From Vicugna vicugna (lineage: Eukaryota), in assembly GCA_013265495.1 (NCBI GenBank), contig MU057724.1, positions 808,001 through 872,000 on the forward strand: 64,000 bases of DNA, read 5' to 3'. This document shows positions 59,491 through 64,000 of this stretch, one piece after another. A program made the position numbers and the translations under genes. Under the pieces are notes generated by a model that did not search any database, was not told the DNA's origin, and was given only the letters and a program-made list of their open reading frames with translations. Position 1 is the stretch's first letter. Every line of letters begins with the position of its first letter.

Positions 59491-61612
59491 TTGCATAAAA
59501 TGCAAAGCTCTTGTACAGCTTTCGGTTGAACGATGGCATAATAGTGATCAACATAAAAAATATAAATCTGTGAGCATTGTAACAGCCCCCTTGGGCAAGA
59601 AAGAGGTAAGCATACTAAATTTCCCAATAAAAAGGGAAAATTAGACTGTCTTCATGACGTGTTCTTGGCCACATTTCTAGAAAGACTTTCAATTCTAAAC
59701 TAATTGTCTGTCTGCTAACTTGATGGTGGGTCTGGGGGTCGTGCAGCCTTTGGAAGTTGCAGTTTATAGCCTCCTGTAAACTCAGACTGGTTACAGAAGC
59801 GCATCCTGCTCACCAAGCCCTCGCTCGGCTGCCTCCGGGCTGCCCTGCAAGCCCGTGGCCTTAGCTGCTGCTCACAGTGGATGCCTGCAACGCCTTCCAC
59901 CTCTTCCCTGGGCAGTTCTGGGTCTGTTTACTCAAACGTCTGCACCGTATCTTCTTTTTGCATAGTGCTTCCATCAGGCTCTGTTTTCTTGCAAATTGCA
60001 GAGACTCAACTCGGAATGCCTTCACCGCATGGCCTGAACCCCAGGAGGCAGGGACAGCGGCAGGGCTGGTTTGATCAGCAGCTCGGCACTGACCTTCCCA
60101 TCTCACTCAGCTGTTCCTCTCAAGACTGGCCTCGTCCTCCTGCCACGAGATGCATGCTAACAATTACCCTGGTTTCCAGCTGTGTCTCTGGGGAGAGGAA
60201 ACTTAGTTTACACCCTCGCGCTGCGGTGGGAAAGTGCTCAGGTAGAGAGCTTGACTGGACTTGACTTCACCTCACCTCGCTCAGCGACCCTGGACGGCCC
60301 CCAGTCTGCCCGCAGCCGTCCTCCTGGACAAACGAGAGCTTCCTGTCCCCAGGGGGAGGTGCCTGCAGGGACACTCACCTGCGAACGCGGGTTACTTCAG
60401 GCGGTTGGGGTGAGAAGCACCGAGACTGCTCTTTGGTCTTTGGAGTAAGTCGTGGGGGCAGAGGAAAGGATTTGACTGAGCAACGAGAGACGCTTTTGTG
60501 ACACCCCATGCAGAAAGGTGCAGCGTTGCTTTTGGAAGCTTTTCAGACAAGGAAGTGCATTTCATTCCTCATAAACTCTCACTCAGAGTTTTCTCCAGGC
60601 TCCCTGGCGGAAATGGGTCGTAGCGCCATGCTGAAAGAAGAAGTCGTAGCAAGAAATGGGACTTGCTGATGCAAACAGTTCCGGTGGCCTCTTACGGCCA
60701 GACGGGAACAGCCTCTTGCAGCAACAGGAGCTGCGTCCAGAGGAGTGGGCCCGGCCGAGAGCTGGTGCGCACAAAGCCAAGGGGACCGGGCTCCCACCCA
60801 GTCCGGCCCTAGGCGGCTCTACGTCTATAAGTTGAAACAAACGCGCTGTTTCCTCCTGCAGTTAGCTTTTTTTCATCTCAGTTAAGGGCAACACAATCCA
60901 GGCAGCTGCCAACTGCAAAAAATAACGTGAATAAGACCTGCTTCCGTTCGCCTCTGCGCCCCGGCTCCACCGCTCCCTCCCGCTCAGGCACGCCCTTCCA
61001 GGCATCTTCCCGGCTGCTGAGGCCTCCCCGAGGTGCCCCCGCCCCGGCTGATCTGAAGTAGGGCCTCTCCCCGGCACAGCCCAGGCGCGGCCGGCAGCAT
61101 GGGGAGTTGGAGTGGCAGGGTGTACAGACGGGCACGCTCGAGACATAAATTAGAAATGTGCCCGCCAGTCCATCGCCACCACCCACGATAAATAAAAAAG
61201 GCCTTGTCTTCTGTCTTCACGGCCGACTTCCCACTCAGATGGAAATTTGTCGGTAAATATTCTACCTGATGGGACCTATTTTTCAAGCAATCAAACAAAT
61301 ATACCATCTCTGCAAATCATTATTTGATTTATTTGCCAACTTCACATATGATGAAAGAAGCTTTTTTTTTTTTTTGCTTCAAAACAGTTTAGCTGGCGCC
61401 TAACTGTAAAGCTGTTCAGAAATGTCTCTCAGATTGTACCCTTAAACCAAAAAAATGACTACGGCCCTGAGCAATAATTATACAAAATGAAAACAATCAT
61501 CAAGGTAAGGAGCAAGAGGCTGTCAGTAGTGCCTGAATCAGGTAAATACGCTTCTGTCTGTTTCACAGCAGGTGAAACCCTGAACTGCCCCAGCTCTATC
61601 AAGACGGAGTGG

Positions 61613-61850
61613 ATAATCTCATGGTTACAGGGGGGACGGGGTGGGGAGGGGTGAATTTGGGAGTCTGAGACTTGCAAATATTAACTACTTTATGTAAAAA
61701 TAGATTAAAAAACAAATTTATTCTGTATAGCACAGGGAACTGTATTTAAGGAAAAAGAACACGTGTGTGTGTGTGTATATGTATGACTGGGACACTGTGC
61801 TGTCCGCCAGAAGCTGACACATTGTACCCAACTATACTTCAACTAAAAAA
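61613..61850 (+). mobile_element. Camelid L1 3' end
   Basis: atggttacagggggga...ctgtatagcacagggaact...tatacttcaactaaaaaa. Confidence 0.88.
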
Positions 61851-61904
61851 GATACAACCAGCGTACAGAGACTGCACGTATTTAAACTGCGTAGCTTTAT
61901 GATA

Positions 61905-62680
61905 TTATAATTAAAACTTCCATTCTGAGGTGACTAGGCTCCCGGCCGTTGTGAGATATAATGCCGAGGTCCTGTGTGCCCTCCATTTAGTTTCCTCCAG
62001 CAACGACACCTTACACAGCTGCTCGGCTACGTGCAGTCATTGTCAGTAGACCGACTTTAATACAGCCCCGGGGTCTCTGGCTTTTGCATTTCACTTCTGC
62101 GTGTGTGTGTGCACGTGTGTGTTCAGTGCTGTGCAGCGTTAGCATGTGTGGAGTCTTCCACGTCCATGACCATGGTCAAGATACAGAGCATTTTGGTTGT
62201 CTCCAGGTGTGTGTCACTCTCCTCCTTTAGGACCACCTCTCCCTGACTGTCCCAAGGGCCACCATTCACTTGTTCTCTGCCCCTGCAGTTTGCCATTTCA
62301 AGAATTTACAATAAATGGAATCATATGAAAACAAATATATGTATGTTCATGTATGACTGAAACATGCTGTACACCAGCAATGGACACACCACTTGAAACT
62401 GACTGCACTTCAGTAAACATACACATGCAAAGAATAGACAACAAGGACCACTGTATACCGCAGGGAACTGCATTCAATTGCCTGTAGCAACATTTAATGG
62501 AAACAATCTGAAAAGAAAAAATATAAATGTATGCGTCTATATAACTGAATCACTTTGCTGTACACCTGAAATTAAGATTACAAATCAACTATACTTCAAC
62601 AAATTTCTTTAAATTATAAAAAAAAAACGGAATCATACATTAAGTGACCTTTTAAAATCGGCTTTTCCACTCAGTGGGTT
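61905..62680 (-). mobile_element. L1MC-like 3' end interrupted at 62326-62624
   Basis: tttgccatttcaagaatttacaataaatggaatcata | cggaatcatacattaagtgaccttt. Confidence 0.7.
62326..62624 (+). mobile_element. Two tandem L1 3' tails within one TSD pair
   Basis: tails at ~62326-62420 and ~62434-62624; TSD aaatggaatcata (62313-62325) / aaacggaatcata (62625-62637). Confidence 0.75.
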
Positions 62681-62754
62681 TTCTCTGGGTAAGTACCTGC
62701 AGCTGAATGAAGGGACGACATGGCAGGGATAGTGTCTGTGGAAAACTTTAACCA

Positions 62755-63140
62755 TTTATTGTTTGTTGTTGGTCTTTTAACTGAAGTACAGTCAGCTTAA
62801 GATGCTGTGTTAGTGCCTGGTGGATAGCAGCGTGGCTCAGTCGTACACACACGTATATATTCCTTTTCCCATTCTTTTCCATTGCAGCTACTACAAGGTG
62901 TTGGGTATAGTTCCCCGTGCTGTGCAGTATAACCTTGTTCATCTACTTTTAATGCCTTTGTTGTGGTGTGATTCCTGTGCAGTAAGCTACACATTTTCCG
63001 GTGTACAATGTGATGTGATGAATTTTGATAGATGTATATGCCTACGAAGCACTGCCACAGTCAAGACAGCTCACATTTCCATCTCTCCCCAGGAGGTGCA
63101 CATTTCGAATTCCCAATTTATCCCTTCCCACCCCCTTTAA
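62755..63140 (-). mobile_element. Camelid L1 3' end containing an older L1MA/MB-like 3' segment
   Basis: ttttaactgaagtacagtcagc...tagttccccgtgctgtgcagtat; resumes at ~63097 (cgaattcccaatttatcccttcccacccc). Confidence 0.7.
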
Positions 63141-64000
63141 CCCGCGTGTTTCTTGATGATTTTCAGAGTTCTCTGAGTTCCTCCAGCCGCCGAGAAGCAA
63201 CTAAGGCAAAACAGAAGTCAGATCCTCAGGATCCCGAGAAAAAGGAAAACCGTGTTCCTATATGCCTTCAACATCGGCTAAAGAGCCTTATCAGAAAAAT
63301 ACTCTGTCCAAACACAATTTAAGATTTAAGACGTATCATTAATCAAACTAATGTTTCTAGAATTTGGCTTGAATTTTTTTAACTAATGGTAAAGAAAATG
63401 GAAAAGCTATTTCTTATCACCTTAAAATCTCCTACCTGAAGCAGTAAGACAATCTGAGTAAACACAAAAGAGTCTCTGAAGCTGTTAGGTTAATCATGGT
63501 TGCTGTGTCTTTATTAACCCGTAGTCTAGTCTTATTTACATGTAAATCAAAGTCTGTTCTCAACTGCTTTTGTACCTAGAAGACTGCGGGGGGGAAAGAG
63601 GAAAGGAAGTCATCTCTGGGCTCGGAAGTTCTCACCTGTTTCCTCTGAACAGCAAGTGAACCTGGGGTGGGACAAGGAGCGTCCATTCTGCTCACTTCCC
63701 AGGACGAGGAAATGGGAAACCAAAACATAGAACCAAAATATTTCGGGCAGCACTTCAGACTGATCCCTGGGAACCCCTTCATGGTTAATGTGGGGATTAA
63801 AGTAGGGGAGAGGGGGGTGGAAGAAGGAGAAACTTGAAAGGGAAATAAGATGGGGGAGGAAGCTGGGGAGTGGGGAGGGCGGGAAGGAGAAAGAGTGGAA
63901 ATAAAATCAAATGTAGAAACATAATGGTCGAATTACTGAAAACAAAGGTAAAGAAAAACGTTAACATCAGTCAGAGGAAGAAGATACCTCATGTCACAGA

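Noticed and set aside
1..64000. CRISPR arrays, operons or prokaryotic defence systems
   Set aside because: Sequence is mammalian; no repeat-spacer arrays seen

Overview
Mammalian genomic DNA, almost certainly camelid (tRNA-derived Vic-1-type SINEs and camelid-type L1 3' ends), with two assembly gaps (9542-9593, 32458-33255). The only gene I recognise is PPDPFL (C8orf22) on the + strand: coding exons at 2249-2303, 3437-3514, 3615-3710 and a probable last exon from 5256. Its penultimate exon looks 4 nt short, which would frameshift the C-terminus. The most interesting signal is not in the ORF track. Starting at a CpG island (~9200-9960), about 10 + strand exon-like segments (9302-~20258) with canonical splice sites and largely compatible phases translate, across stops and frameshifts, into helical ARM-like repeats followed by a recognisable TIR_2-type TIR domain. 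This looks like a decayed, intron-containing (possibly unitary) pseudogene of an ARM-TIR innate-immune-type gene. The remaining ~44 kb looks like gene desert: L1, L2, MIR, MaLR/ERVL/ERV1 LTRs, hAT DNA transposons, microsatellites and a few candidate enhancer-like blocks. Repeat subfamily names and protein family assignments come from recalled consensus sequences, not from searches, and repeat boundaries without TSDs are approximate.
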